64,000 nucleotides of DNA, taken from NCBI GenBank assembly GCA_011109175.1, contig RDEW01000041.1:62001-126000 (forward strand), in the 5' to 3' direction. Source of the stretch: Dicyema japonicum (lineage: Eukaryota; Animalia; Dicyemida). The notes under the pieces are model-generated. The model was not told the DNA's origin. It made no database searches and saw only the letters and a program-made list of their open reading frames with translations. Each line of letters starts with the position of its first letter. Within the stretch, counting starts at the first letter, position 1. The position numbers and the translations under genes are program-made. Positions 12,620 to 26,487 of this stretch are shown here, in pieces.

Positions 12620-14095
12620 AATGGGAGAAGTATTGCTGATCAAAATGAGTTGTGGAAATTATAGCTGACCATTCATGAAGCCATTTGCATCGGATGGCTC
12701 TGGGTTATCCCATTTATTCCTGAAAGGCAAGATCTGGAATAGACAATAACCCCTCAAAAAGTTCAACTGGCTTGCATACGACCTAAGAATGACAAGAGTC
12801 CTAGTCCAGATGGCTCAAGGCGGAACTTTTTAAATACGGAAAGTATAAACTATTTGAGAATATTTCCCAAATTCGAACGACAGATATAAGAAGACGCTTC
12901 CGCTAGGACAGGGAATTCTGATTCCTGTCAGTAACCCCACAAGAAAACCTCAATCAAAAACCTTAGACCAGTTATTCTAATGAATACAATAATGAAGGTG
13001 CTGGGCAACATTGCCCAGGTTAGGATCGAGGAGATAACCGAAGGGTATCTATCAGCATACCATAGTTGCTTCCGAAAGGGGAGATATACGTCGGATGTAG
13101 TATGGAATCATAAATGAGATGCGAAACTTCAAAGATTTAAAAGGCTACAAAATCCTTGAATTTGACATGTCAAGAATCAGTCTGTCAGACGACCGAAACT
13201 CATTGAATTGATTGAATGCTTTTTGGACACATCCGCTATCCAACAGATAAGAATTCTCTTACAACAGGGACCCCACAAGAAGATCCCATAGTTTGTAATA
13301 TACCTGGAATCGGCACTCAGGAACTGAGGCCTCAGGGGTGAATGGACTTTGTAGTTAATGCGGATGATGTGAACTTTGTCTCTGAAGACAAGGGAGCCCT
13401 CACCCAATTAATTGGGGTGATACCGGAAAGACATCAGAATGGTTTCCTACAGTGTGTGTGGACAAAAACAGAGGTGACCGAACTCAAATGAGAGGAATCA
13501 AGGAATCACGAAATCTGGCGCAAAACTAAGAAGTTTGGTGCCCTCTTAAAAGACCAGGAAGAGATTGCGAGAAGTAAGACGATTGTAAATGCAGCATTGC
13601 AAAAACTGAAGAAACACTTCTTTGTAAAAAAGGCTTATACAACGCGAGTACCTGGGACTGTTCGGAGACCAACTCAAAAAAGTTGGACTCTCTACCGAAC
13701 ACAATTGAGGCAACCAATGTCGTTCAGAGGGGGCTTCAGAATATTGAATAGAAATGTGTACGAGAGGTTGAAGTGTTCGCCAATCTCGACTGAAATCACA
13801 GAAGCAAGATTGAGGCTCTTTGGACATGTTCTGAGAATGGGCCATAATGCCTTAGCTAACGTCCATGGAGGAGTTGTTCGCCTCTGATTCCGTGGACGAC
13901 TCAGGACCACATTCCCTATGTCTTCGACTGGGCCTTCTAAACGATTGGGAGACACCTAAGAGAAGGAAAGGATCTTGATGGACAACATGAGCTTGCGTAT
14001 GACAAGGATCAAATGGAGGAAGATGACTTTGTCACTAGTTTCTCGAGTTGCAAATGTTTTGTTATTACCATGTAGGAGTGCTTAATAATAATATA
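12620..14095 (+). mobile_element. RTE-family LINE, 5'-truncated and decayed
   Basis: Collinear with the 14902-17941 element (LGQGILIP, RLRLFGHVLRM, RGRLRTT); ends GGAGTGCTTAATAATAAT. Confidence 0.85.
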
Positions 14096-14159
14096 AAAAG
14101 CATAATGAAGAAACCCGAATCGCATATGCACAGGCAAAAAAAATTTTTTTGATTTAATT

Positions 14160-14640
14160 TATCAAATCCTCGTGCCCGCCGCCAACCATGGGAGCGGAGC
14201 GATGACTGTATTCGGATTGGGATCGCACAACGCCTGGGACCTGATGTTTGCGTCGAACACCAATGTCGCTATGGAGGGATCGTCGATGCCAAAGGGCTGC
14301 ACCCGCTCTCGTGCAAAAGGAGCGCGGGCAGAGCACCCCGCCATGCTGCTATGAACAACATTGTCTTGCGAGCTCTTGAAGCGGCAGGCTTCCCGGGAGT
14401 ACTGGAGCCTGTGGGATTGGACAGAAAAGATGGGAAAAGACCGGATGGGTTAACTATCTTTCCGTTCCACTGAGGAAAAATCGCTCGTATGGGACTGCAC
14501 TGTTGTGGACTCTTTCTCGAACTCGATGATGCTCAGCTCGGCGCAGTCTGCTGGATCGGCAGTCGATCTGGCCGAGAAAATCAAGATTAAAAAATATGGC
14601 GAAATTGGAGACCGCTACCGTTTCGTACCGGTAGTGGGTC
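14160..14640 (+). mobile_element. CRE-like C-terminal CCHC plus restriction-like endonuclease fragment
   Basis: Frame reads IRIGIAQRLG..VCVEHQC..G..VDAKGLHPLSC...RHAAMN...LEPVGL.RKDGKRPDGLTIFP...GKSLVWDCTVVDS...AEKIKIKKY; one stop and frameshifts. Confidence 0.9.
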
Positions 14641-14901
14641 AATTGATTAATTTGCGATGCCAATAATTCCATCTCTTCATGATTATCAGAGAAGATGACA
14701 ATTTTGTGGTTTCCATTTGTGTCTTCAAAGTATAACTTCCCATTGATGGATAAAAAATTCTTTACTTTAGAGTCAATCGGTATTTTTTGTCATGTCATTA
14801 GATCGACGGTCCCCTTCTCTTTTATTATTTTCATTATATCAATTTATTCATGGGTTGCTTTAAGGAAACACTGATCCATCAGCTTAAAACGGGCCTGTAT
14901 T

Positions 14902-17900
14902 ATTATTATTAAAGCACTTTCACGAAAGCCATAATGATTATAGCCCCGCATGTGCAACACTCAAAGAAACAATATTTATAGTTAGTCTTTTCCATTTTCC
15001 TCTGTCGAATGCGAGTGATCTCAATTCGTCCAGGTCGTCTCCCGTCTTTAAATTTTTTCTCACACGATTTAAGTCTTTGTTTAGGGCTGTCGGAAGTGTC
15101 GATCTAGGTCGTCCGCGGAAGGGTTTTTCGCATCTGTCAAAGTAATCTTCCATCGCTTTGTTAGCGGGTGCGTCCGGGTTCATTCTTAGTACATGCCCAA
15201 ATAGCCTCCACCGGGCATCTATCACATCCTTGCTGATGTAAGAACACATACACTTGTTGTAGATACCAGTGGTTGATATTCTACGTGGCCACTCCATTCC
15301 GAGTAAGCTTCTTAGTTGCCTTCTATGGAACGAATCCAGTTTCAATAGTTCGTTGAAGGAACTTCCCCATGTCCCAGCGTTATACAGTAGGATCGGTTTC
15401 ACAAACGCGTTGTAAAGCCTGCATCTGATGTCAATTCCAAGTCCTTTGGCCCTTAGCCATCCTTTCTTCAGTTTAGCCATTGCCGCATTTGCCAGTGTTT
15501 TCCTCCTCAGTACATCTTCAGCGTCTCCTAGTAGAGAGCCGAGCTTATTAGTACGTCTCCATCTTTCTGAGTAATATCGTCTTCTCTTTTGATTTCCGTA
15601 ATTTCAGTTTTGTTAACATTTACGCTGAGAAACCATTTCTCAAGCTCCGCAGGTGCATTTTCTAGCAGGTGTTGGAGTGCGGTCACATCCCGTGATACAA
15701 AATCCACATCATCCGCATAAGATGTCTCTTCTATGTCTCCTATATAGCATTTACGGAGGTCGCGGAGTGCAGATTCAAGGTATATGGTGAATAGTAAAGG
15801 GGAGAGGGAATCACCCTGGGGTGTCCCAATCGTTGTTTTGAAACTGCGGGAAGTTGCTCCTTCTGTCCTCACAGATAGTCTTGTGTTCGCAAGTAGTAGT
15901 CTGATTATCCTAACCGACGATTCATCCAATATTTGCTCAAGCACATTCATCAGTTTCTGTCTGTTTATTGAGTCGAAAGCTCTGGAGAGATCTATTCCCA
16001 ACACGGTTGTTGCGCTCTTGAATCTTTGGTGCGTTGCGCAGCGCCATCTGTGGCTCCATACAATGTCTGCCGTAGACCTCCCTTCTCGGAACCCACTTTG
16101 ACTTGCTGGTAGGTATAGATTCGCCATACCCTTTATCCGGCTTAGTGCAATGTTTGCCAGCACCTTGCGTATCGAATTCAGAAGTATTATCGGGCGGAGA
16201 TTTTCTACTGGTCCTTTTGATTTGTTCGGTTTTTGTATGGGTATTAATAATCCATTTCCAAGTCCTAGATCGGTATTAGTTTCAAAGACGTCATTTAGGG
16301 TTTTTGCAATTGTGTCGCTAAGTTTTTTTGGCCCATATTTTAGGAGCTCAGGGCTTATGTTGTCCGGCCCAGCACTCTTGTTGTTCTTCAGTTTATTTAT
16401 CGCTAATTCCACCTCTTCCACTGTGATTGGGATTTTTAGCGCCTTTGCTTTTCCTTGGAAAGGGGGAAAGTCATTATTTTCTTTATTCAACAGTGTTTCG
16501 AAGTGTCGTGCAATCAATTCTGCTTTTTCTTTCGGGTTACCCACGAATTTTCCATCTTTGTCTTTGATGTGAAGGATGTTTTGTCCTTTCTTTGTCCGCA
16601 GCAGCCGCATACATCCTTGAATTGTCTTTTAGACATTCCACATCTTTTAATAGGGATGTAATAATTTCCCGTGAATGTTTTCTGTTCATCTTTTTGATTT
16701 TCCACTTTAGTTCCCTTTGTTGGATATTAAGCTCTTTTTTTTACTCTCGTCTGACGTGTTTGCCGCTTTTAGTCGTAGCTCTCTGCAATGCTTTGCCATA
16801 TTTGGCACGTTCGGGTGGTGATCCAATTTTAGGGCGTGATGATTTCGGACTCCAAGGCATATTTTGGCCGACTTGGAGATTGCCTGTTTTGTTTGATCCC
16901 ACAGAGTTCGTACTGATGATTCCGGTGCGGTTTTCACCATAAGAGTCTCGATTTGTTCGTGATATTTAGCTCTACAAGTTGGCTCTAACCACAATTTTTC
17001 TGTCTGAAAGTATATATTGGGTCTTTGTCTCGCCTTCTTCGCGTTTTCAATGTATTTTTTCCCAGTCAGGTGCTTTTTTACACAAAGTTTTGCAATGACG
17101 ATCCTGTGGTCGCTGTCGGTTGTTGTTCCCTGGTAGGAACGTGCATCATTTATCAGGTGTTTATCAGACTTTCGGCAGATAATGTAGTCGATTTGATTAT
17201 ATATATTCACGGTCTCTCCGACAGAGTTTTTTCTTTGTCCGTGCCACGTCGTCTTGTGGCAAGCTGAGTGCGTAAAGGCCGTGTTGCACAGGAAAAGGCT
17301 ATTTGCCTCGCAGAAGTTTACCAGAGAGGCTCCAGATGCATTTCTCCTTCCGCGCCCGTGTCTTCCAATAGAGGATTCTTCGGGCCCCATTCGCATTCCG
17401 GCCTTTGCATTCATATCTCCCGCAACAAAGACAAGAGACGAGGAAGCATTGTTAGAGTATGTGCTTGATAGTTCTGAGTAGAATTCCTCGAGTTCACTGG
17501 GGTTCTTGATTACTCGTCCACAGTGTGGTGCATAGACATTTATGACGGTTAGTAGACTCTTGGACGGGCATAGTTCATTTAGTTTGACTTGTAGGACACA
17601 TATTCGGTCGTTGACTCTCCAATGCGATGTAATTTTTTGAGGTAATCCACGTGTAGGGCAAATCCCATGCCGTAGTGCTTGCATTCAGTTGGGAAGAGAA
17701 TCAGTCGGTAGTTGTTCCATGTCTCATCGCGTCCATTTTCGATTTTCGTCTCTTGTAGGCAGCCAATAGATATTTTGTATTTCTCGAGATCGTCACAAAG
17801 TACTTTCCTTGTCCAATCTTTCGATATTCCACGTACGTTGAACGTCATTAGCCTGAGTTCTCGATTGTATGATGAGTGTTTTTCAGACATTTTTCTTAAC

Positions 17901-17941
17901 CGTTGTACAGAGAAGAAACGAGGCACGTCACCACTCACCAA
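14902..17941 (-). mobile_element. Full-length RTE-clade LINE (~3.04 kb, single APE-RT ORF broken by 4 frameshifts)
   Basis: APE (TFNVRG, CLQETK, NVYAP, AGDMN, QIDY, SDH) and RT (QSGFR, DLSRAFDS, PQGDSLSP, YADDV); (TAA)n tail; imperfect TSD AAAACG(GG)CCTGTATT at 14886-14901 and 17942-17955. Confidence 0.95.
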
Positions 17942-18136
17942 AAAACGCCTGTATTGTGCTATTTAAAATTTAAAAACTGTTGCGCCTTCCAAAAATAATT
18001 AAATTATAATTTTTTTTAATTTTAAATATAATAAATGAGAAATACATGTTTAAAGTTTTATAAAAAATGCTTGAAATTGTAAATTTGAGCATTATATAAC
18101 GCGTAGCGCTCGGTAACGCGTAGCGCCTGTGACATA

Positions 18137-18730
18137 CACTCAATCCCATAAATGTTGACCCAATTCCCATAAATGTTGACCCAATTCCCATAAATAATGA
18201 CCCAAATCCATAAATGATGACCCAATTCCCATAAATGATGTATACTAATAAATAATCTAGGAAAAAAGTATTTTATTCAATTAATCTGTTATTAATTCCA
18301 TTTACCCTTTCCCAAAAACTGTAATATGAGGACAAATAATCGGTTTCGAGACCACTCATAACAAATCCGATAGTTGTTAGCAATTCTCCTCTTACAGTTG
18401 CTCTTGGTCTAATTACATTTAGGCGAGATTTCACACAAAAAAAAGTTTTCAATTGGGTTCAAGTCAGTTGAATAAGGGGGTAAATAAAATGTTGTAACAC
18501 TTTTGTATACACCTATTCAAACTCTTTTTAATGATCGAAGTGATAAATAGACTTTCGTTCATAAAAACCTTGCGACTTCTCATATCTGTATTAGTTGATA
18601 ACAAATCTAAAAATTAAAATTTTAAAATATAGATTTACTTGTGTATTATTTATATATATAACTTGGACATCATTTATGGGAATTGGGTCAACATTTATGG
18701 GAATTGGGTCATCATTTATGGGATTGAGTG
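18137..18730 (-). mobile_element. Non-autonomous Tc1/IS630-type element, 594 bp
   Basis: TA|CACTCAATCCCATAAATG...CATTTATGGGATTGAGTG|TA; 21-bp subterminal tandem repeats; internal minus-strand YLPPYSTDLNPIE remnant. Confidence 0.9.
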
Positions 18731-18769
18731 TATTATCCTTTCTCAAAATATAGATCGAAACTTCCTAGA

Positions 18770-19390
18770 ATAACCAGCAAAGATAGCTCGAACGCTTGGA
18801 AATCTGACTCCCAAGTCGATACAGAAATTCCACTGTAGTGAATCTCATGACACCAGAAGTCTTCACAGCGAGAGGAGTAATCAGCATTCCATTGGGTAAT
18901 TCAGCATACATTTCGGCCGATCAGGCTTTAACTGCACTCTTGTGGATGTTGTTTGCGGCAAAGATGTTCGTGCGCGTGACATTCCAGACCAGATGCTTCC
19001 CGGATTTAAACGGAAAATGGACAACCCATCTGGCCATAATCGATCATTCCTTAAAGCAGAGACGGATGATCAGCAGCAACCATAGCCCAATTATAAAATC
19101 AACAGGTAATTAATATGGCTGTTTCCGCTGACAATAGCTCTTTCGAAGCCATCTATCTTGCGTATGTCCTTAGTGATCATTTGGATCATTAAGCCGATTT
19201 GGCAGACTAGGTTGTCCACTTGTGCATCAAGGACTCCTGGAACTCAACAGCAAAAATTGAATGCATGAGTGTTATTAGTAACAATGTCAGAAGATAGAGA
19301 GTTCGAGTCTGGCTGCTGTCCATTCCGTGTGAAAGTACCACGTATCTACGATGCTTATCGGATTGACAAGTGACGCAGTGATTCATCACT
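18770..19390 (-). mobile_element. Two tandem CRE-like C-terminal fragments
   Basis: FAVEFQ...DNLVCQIGLMIQMITKD (19110-19390) and PDGLSIF..GKHLVWNVT...PLAVKTSGV (18770-19100). Confidence 0.7.
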
Positions 19391-20458
19391 ATCTATTTGA
19401 ATTGTCTTTAAGATTCACACCAAACCAAAAAGAAAAGAAGTTAAGAAATGGAAATTTTGTCTATGAAAATTCAAGAATCCTCATAATAAGGATAAACCTG
19501 TTAAAAATTACCAACAAAAAAATCTCAGAGCACTGCGAGCACAAAATTATATTTAAATATTTCTACTTAATTCGAGACGTTGTTTAAAATTTATGTTTTT
19601 AGGCAAATAAATAAAAAACATCAGTTGTTATAGAGAATATATAACTGACAACATTTGGGCATCACATCAATAATACTTTCAGTCTAAATCCTTGTAACAG
19701 TAAATGCAACATTGATGGGTTATCTGCGGAATAGCATAACAAATTATTGGCTTTCGATGACTGTAGCCTAATTTCTGTCCTCAAAAGTCTGTTTAATTAA
19801 TTTTCCAAAAAATAAAAAATTGCGATTTTACTAAAAATTAAATTTAATCGACATTACCACAAATTCACGAATAACCAAAGTTCCCAGTGTCTTAATGACA
19901 AATTTATTATAATTTTATAGGATACCCTTTAAATCACATTTGAGAACTGGCACAGTGTAACAATAGCTGGGCAAAAGCCCTGATGGTCCCTAGTTAGAAT
20001 CTCACTCCTTTACATTTCGGCTTGAGGTTCCACATATCTGCGATGCTTTGGCTTGACAAGTGACGCAGTCATCAGTGAACATTTCACTGCGTTACCGGAT
20101 CGTCTATAAAGGACTCACAAAAAATGCTGTTTGCCAGAGAAAAATACCCATTCTTGGACTACTAAAACCTATAAAGACCTAACAAGCCAGTTTCCTAATG
20201 TAAACCTACCTTCAATAACACGCCACTAAGCTTAGTACTATGGTTTTACGTATGGAAATTGATAGCAAACAAAAACATTATAAATCAGAGATTCTTCCGT
20301 CTCTCCAATTGAGAAAACGGGTCATCATTGTTTTCTCTATTGAGACCACGTAGGTAGATCAAAAATAATATTTCACTATAATCACCAGAAACGAGCGTAT
20401 CCATCACAATAAATTATATCAGAGCTAATAATCGGTAATAAGGACAGACATAACACAT

Positions 20459-21165
20459 TTATTTGCTAAACGAATTAATATTCTTTTTATAGCACTCCAG
20501 ACTGCACAAACGAACTCCACTAAGAGAACAAGAGTACTTCATTGTGTTTTCACATCCATCAACACCACATCTTATCTCCCTTGAGGTTGGGGATCTTCTA
20601 TACAGTTATAACCACACCTGGACACTTGGTGAACTGGCTCGTATTCTTCCGTATAACTAATCAAGGTCCCTTGTCTGTTATGGATGGTGGAAATCATACT
20701 GGGTTTCTCAGAAACGGGTGGTCTAATCTTCCGTTTTCTCCCAACTTGCTTTTTGAGGACCTTTTCTACGGTTTTCTTTTGCTGTTTTGTCCGTCGTTGG
20801 TTTTCGTAGGCTTTCCGGCGGTTTGTCTTCTCAGTCTTCTTCTCAAGGTCTTCCATAGTATATTTCTCCTCAATGACTGGGCGTGAACGGGCAGATGAAC
20901 CTGGTTCAATCTCAGAGTTCATGTTGTGCTTCCTCTCAAAAAGTGACCTCTGAATTTGACTTTAAAGTGTAACCTGTCGTCTGGTCATGTTTGAGAACTT
21001 TGGTTTCCTTGTTATGTACTCCAGGACCGCATCTTCGTCCGTTATCTCAGATTCTGACATTATATATACTTCCGACTCGGATTCTGGGGTTTTTTAATTA
21101 TTGTCACCTTCCTCCAGCTCAGAACTAACAGACCTTCGTCTACCACCTCGTCTCATTCCACTCAT
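20459..21165 (-). CDS. INO80B: INO80 complex subunit B (Ies2; PAPA-1 plus HIT zinc finger), ~211 aa, 3 introns
   Basis: TRRQRSLF, basic PAPA-1-like helix, SMISTIHNRQGTLISY, RCGVDGC...KYSCSLSGVRLCSLECYK. Introns 21084-21107, 20950-20973 and 20595/20598-20617. Confidence 0.85.
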
Positions 21166-21779
21166 ACTGATTAAATTATTCTATTAATCAAGCATTTAAA
21201 TTTATTTTAAATTATTATTATTTTTTTAAATAAATTATTTCATTTTATTATTTTTAAATGTCTATTAGAATACAGCCTGATCCACATAATTAGTTTGGAA
21301 GAAATCTCACAAAATTAAATCGGAAGACTGGCAAACTGGCAGAGGAACCTTCATCGTATATACCTATGCGATGTTTCCAGAGTTCTTGAAAGGTTTGTCC
21401 TCGATTGTTTTCGAGATGACATCCCAATATCAGTTTTTTAACATGTGTTCAAACTTAACTATTCAACTTCCGTAATTTACGACCCTCCCCCAATTTATTT
21501 CATAAGTATCCAACCTGCCGAAACCACATTTTATGACTGTAACAAAATTGTATCTTTTGTCACAAACATTCAGTCTCAAGAAAGTCTCTAAGGAAAAATA
21601 TACATTCGACCCTCGCAAATTATCCATTTTTGGCTCATTAGAATTTTTGGTCATTTTGAAAAAAAATAAAATCAATAATTTTGAAGAACAATCAACAAAG
21701 ATTTTTTAAATGACTCAAATGAACAAAAAAACGTATTTAAGTTTTAAAATAAAATGTAATTCCCGACTGTTTTTTTCCT

Positions 21780-22400
21780 TCAATAATACTTGCTTTGTAC
21801 CTTCTTAATGAAATTAGAGAAAATTAATTCTCAACATTAGCTAAGGGTTCCCTCTCTATTGTAGTTAATCTAACTGCAATATCCATTTTGTCTATGTTTC
21901 TTGTTCACTATTTTCTGAATCTTTTAAAGAATTTTCATGTTTCATGCCACGTGTATTCAATGTTTAAAAAATCCTAAACTTTTAGAGGATCGAAAATGTC
22001 TGTTTTTCTGATTGCTCTTCATTTATACCAATTTCAAGATTTTCGTCATTAGAGTTATTTAAACTCTGATTGTATCTTCGGATACGTCTTCCCAAGCCAT
22101 TTTTGTAAAAAAATGTATAATCCAGTTTCATCCAGATTATAGATTTGGTCGGTTTTATATGCTTTTAAATTTTTTTAATTCTTCAAGAAAGGATTCAATG
22201 TCTACAAATTTATCTGTTCGCATTTCTCCGTGTAACTTGAGTTCTCTGAATCCACGTCTCTTTTTGAATTTATTTTTTAGATTCTACTCCATCCATTCAA
22301 CCAACTTCTCTTCAAGCTTTGGAAACTTTGGTTTATGTGCAGCTTTAAAAAACGGTTGATAATTTTTTGAATCTTTCAAAATTAAGCCGAGTGTAGCATC
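21780..22400 (-). mobile_element. pogo-like transposase remnant
   Basis: KPKFPKLEEKLVEW, RELKLHGE and IYNLDETGL. Confidence 0.75.
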
Positions 22401-22499
22401 CACGAGAGGACTTGGAAGACATGTGTTAATTTAATTTTTATTTTTTTAATTCGTATTAAAAATTAAATTAAAAATTGGCCAAGTAATAAGGATAATAGG

Positions 22500-24520
22500 T
22501 TTTTTCTTAGAAAATTTTTTTTTCAAAATGTAGCCAATTTGCGAGGGTCGAGTGTATTTGAAAGGATATCCACTCTAACTTTCTGAGCGGAAGGCGTTGG
22601 CAGGTAATCTGCAACAACGTGAAATCGAGGACATGGTTTCTCTCAAAAGGGATGCCCCAAGAATCCCAACTATCACCACGGCATGTCACAACCCACAGAA
22701 AACTATTTCCTCCTCTCATATGAGGACAACATAGTCATTGCTGCGAGGGACTATGAAGTCGCCGCTCAAATGATTCAGAGAGTGCTCAATTCCTTAAACC
22801 AATGGTTGGAAGGACTATGTCTGGAGGAGTCATCTACAAAATCATTTGTGATCCTTTTTACGCTGAGCCCCTTTTCGATGTTTATTGGCAATTTGTACAA
22901 CCGACATTGACCTACGCATGTGAGTCGTGGTCAATGGTCATTTCCCGCTCTTCTCTCTTGAAACTGTCCAAGCTGCCAAAAGAGTCATTGGCCGTAATTT
23001 TATAGACACACAAGGACTCAGTCTAGATAGGGTGACTCCTCTACCTCACCGGATATCTCTTTTGCCCTCCTTCTTTTGCAGCTGTCATTTCTTGGGATGT
23101 TATAGACTTAGGTACCGACCATGACCAATCATCATGAGAATTCCACGAAAAAATTAACCAGTACTCCATTGTAACTTCTCGCACTCTGGTCTGCATTCGA
23201 GTACTTTATTGAACAACACCTTCACTGTTTCAGGACGGAGGATTCCCGCTCGATCGAGTCCGCCGTCGAGCACCTTCATTCCGATAGCCCCCCTCAATAT
23301 CCTTCGTATTCTATTCTGAAACATGAGTCCTCATCCAAACGATAAATAAGCAAAAAAACTTTGATAGACAGTTAGTAGACGTCAGTGGAAGGATGTCATT
23401 AAAGAAATCATGCGGACCATCACAAAACTCAACAGAGGTCACAAAAAACATCTCTTCAACTTTAATACGATAATCAATGAGGATCTCAAGAAGTGCTCTC
23501 CACACATAACTGTACACTGAGAACCCATACAAAAATAGTTTAGGTCTCAGTTCATATAGAAGTCTCATGGAAGATGCTAACTTTCTGACATCTATCCCCT
23601 AAACTCAAATATGGCTGGCAAAACTTTGTCAACGGCCGCAGGGGCGGATTCGGTTCCTCGTTATCTCCAACATTGTTTAACCTGCTCCTTGGTGACTTTC
23701 CCACCCCAGTTACCCAAACTTCATCCTTTTATGATGACCTTGTGATCGCAGCGAAACATCAAGACCTGAAGAGGCGTTATGGTCCCCATAAGAAATATCA
23801 AACCTGGTGGGTCTTTGTTCCTTGAAGACCCGTCTAAAGTCTCCCCAGGAAAACCGCATGCAACAACTTTCATTTCTCTGCGAAAAAGGGCATGGATATA
23901 GCTTGCAAAAAATTCGTATGATTCTCCGATCCCTACGCGAATTTTGCGATCCCCTTCTACCGTCCTATTTCCCTCCCGTCAGTTGCATCCAAAATCATGG
24001 AACGAGTAATTCTGTATTTCATCAAACTGTAACTTCGAATCCCCAAAAGGGTTTCATGCTTTACACTTCAATAAAACCTCAAACTCACTTTTTTGTGGAT
24101 GGATTTAGCAATCACAATCCTCCCGAGTGAGTAATTGTTGCTTCAATTGACATCAACAAGGAGTTTGACAGAGCATCAAGAATCTCTCTGAGTAAGAAGA
24201 TTCTCAACACGGAGGTTCCGTTCTGGATCTGATTACTTCTCTTTGGCCTTCTTTGAAATTCCCTATCATATCCGCGTAATCAGCCAACCTAGTGATGTTC
24301 CCCGAGGCTCAGTTCTCTCTCGGCCTTATTCAACTTATCAAGTTTGCCTACTAACTCGAATACACTACTGCTTTCATATGTTGATGAGATTATGATTGTT
24401 TCACACCATCATGATGTTGTCATTCCCTCTTCAATTCTGAGAAGATTTTGATACTATCTACTACTGAATGGACCTTAATCTCTCTAGTCCTTCTCCTACC
24501 AAGTCGTGTATAGCTGCGTA
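22500..24520 (+). mobile_element. Two decayed Ingi/Jockey-like LINE RT fragments (family C)
   Basis: LLSYEDNIVIAA, SPTLFNLLL, SIDINKEFD, PRGSVLS and VEHLHSD motifs in mixed frames. Confidence 0.65.
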
Positions 24521-25199
24521 CACTCCCTTTCATGCCATATAAATACATAAGTGGTGGAGTACTAGGTGGCTTAAAGAATTGACCTTAAATGATTTTATTC
24601 AAAAAAAACCGTAAGTAAAAACCAGATATCTATTATTTATTCTCCCAATTTTTTCAAGTAAGGGAAACTGGTGGTTAACATAAAAGTAACTACCAAAAGA
24701 GTAAGGTCCTAGGTATATTGATAATACCAAAGCTTTCCCAGTCGTGAATCTTTTTGGGGCAGAACTGAGTGGGGGTAATTCTTCCGAATAGTTCTTAGAT
24801 TTCAAATTTAGTAACCGAGAATTGGTATGATTTTTTTATTTATGGAAAGCCAAAGGCAGTAGGGTGGATGGCCCGAGATAACTACGTGACGCCGACTTGG
24901 ATGAAATTAATTTTAATCATTCGGTTTAAAATTGAGAAGATTAATTGCAACCAGTGCAGAGCCGTCAAGATCATCGACTCGCGGGGGCTATGACAAAGGC
25001 AAACCCATTCGAGGGCCTTGTGAGGAAGTCAGGTGCCACATTTGTCCAAAAATGGGATGCGGGAAATGCGTGGGTTCAGAGAAATAACGGGAATGAGGTC
25101 GATACTAAGAGAGGGTGGGATTAGTGATGGCCTCCTTTTATAATTGGTCAATACAATGGTGACTTTTGGCTTAATAATAGTAAATATTGTAATGTACGA

Positions 25200-25370
25200 C
25201 GTCACATAATTGGGGTGAATTAATATAAAAAAATTGATTCTAAACGATTATCATTAATTTAAGGTTGGAAGAAAAAAACTAGAACGGATAGTAAGAGTAT
25301 GACACAAGATGAACCATGACTATTCATATGCTTATGGCTGCGAGGGAGTACTTTTAATTGCTTAACTAAT
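25200..25370 (+). mobile_element. RTE-family 3' tip
   Basis: Ends TATTCATATGCTTATGGCTGCGAGGGAGTACTT, matching the 3' consensus at 28480, 54730 and 59820. Confidence 0.6.
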
Positions 25371-25697
25371 GTAGATTATATTTGAGATTCCTGGGAGTAA
25401 TTATCAAAGTAACTGCCAAATGGGTGATTAGCATAGATATAACTCAATCTACAATAGCACTGACAAATAACTATACTGCCTGTTTCTTGAATCAGTTCCG
25501 ACTTTTCCTGGTAGTCAAACTCAAGAGAGTCCCCAGGGTAATAAAGTGTTTACTTAAAAAGACAAGTGCGCTAAACGAATAAACAAACTCCAAGTAATAA
25601 CAAAGCAGTAAAAAGTGCGCACTAATAAACCCTATTTTCCTATATCCTGCTCTACTAACCGACAAATAATCCATATTATTAAACCAATAAAAATAAT

Positions 25698-26487
<790 letters not shown>

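Noticed and set aside
15784-16942. Long plus-strand ORFs (105, 140, 116 aa) as separate genes
   Set aside because: Antisense shadows of the RTE ORF; the same applies to 43001-43828 and 475-693.
17915-17941. LVSGDVPR as a second 2A-like motif
   Set aside because: No ExNPGP, and other copies of this leader have stops in that frame; it is a nucleotide motif.
17970-18191. MGIGSTF-repeat ORF
   Set aside because: Translation of the 21-bp TIR repeats.
18145-18240. CRISPR-like array
   Set aside because: Head-to-tail repeats with no spacers, in a eukaryotic transposon end.
25400-25674. Small membrane-protein gene downstream of Rab
   Set aside because: ATG is only 24 bp after the Rab stop, no homology, and the hydrophobicity is explained by T-rich 3' sequence.
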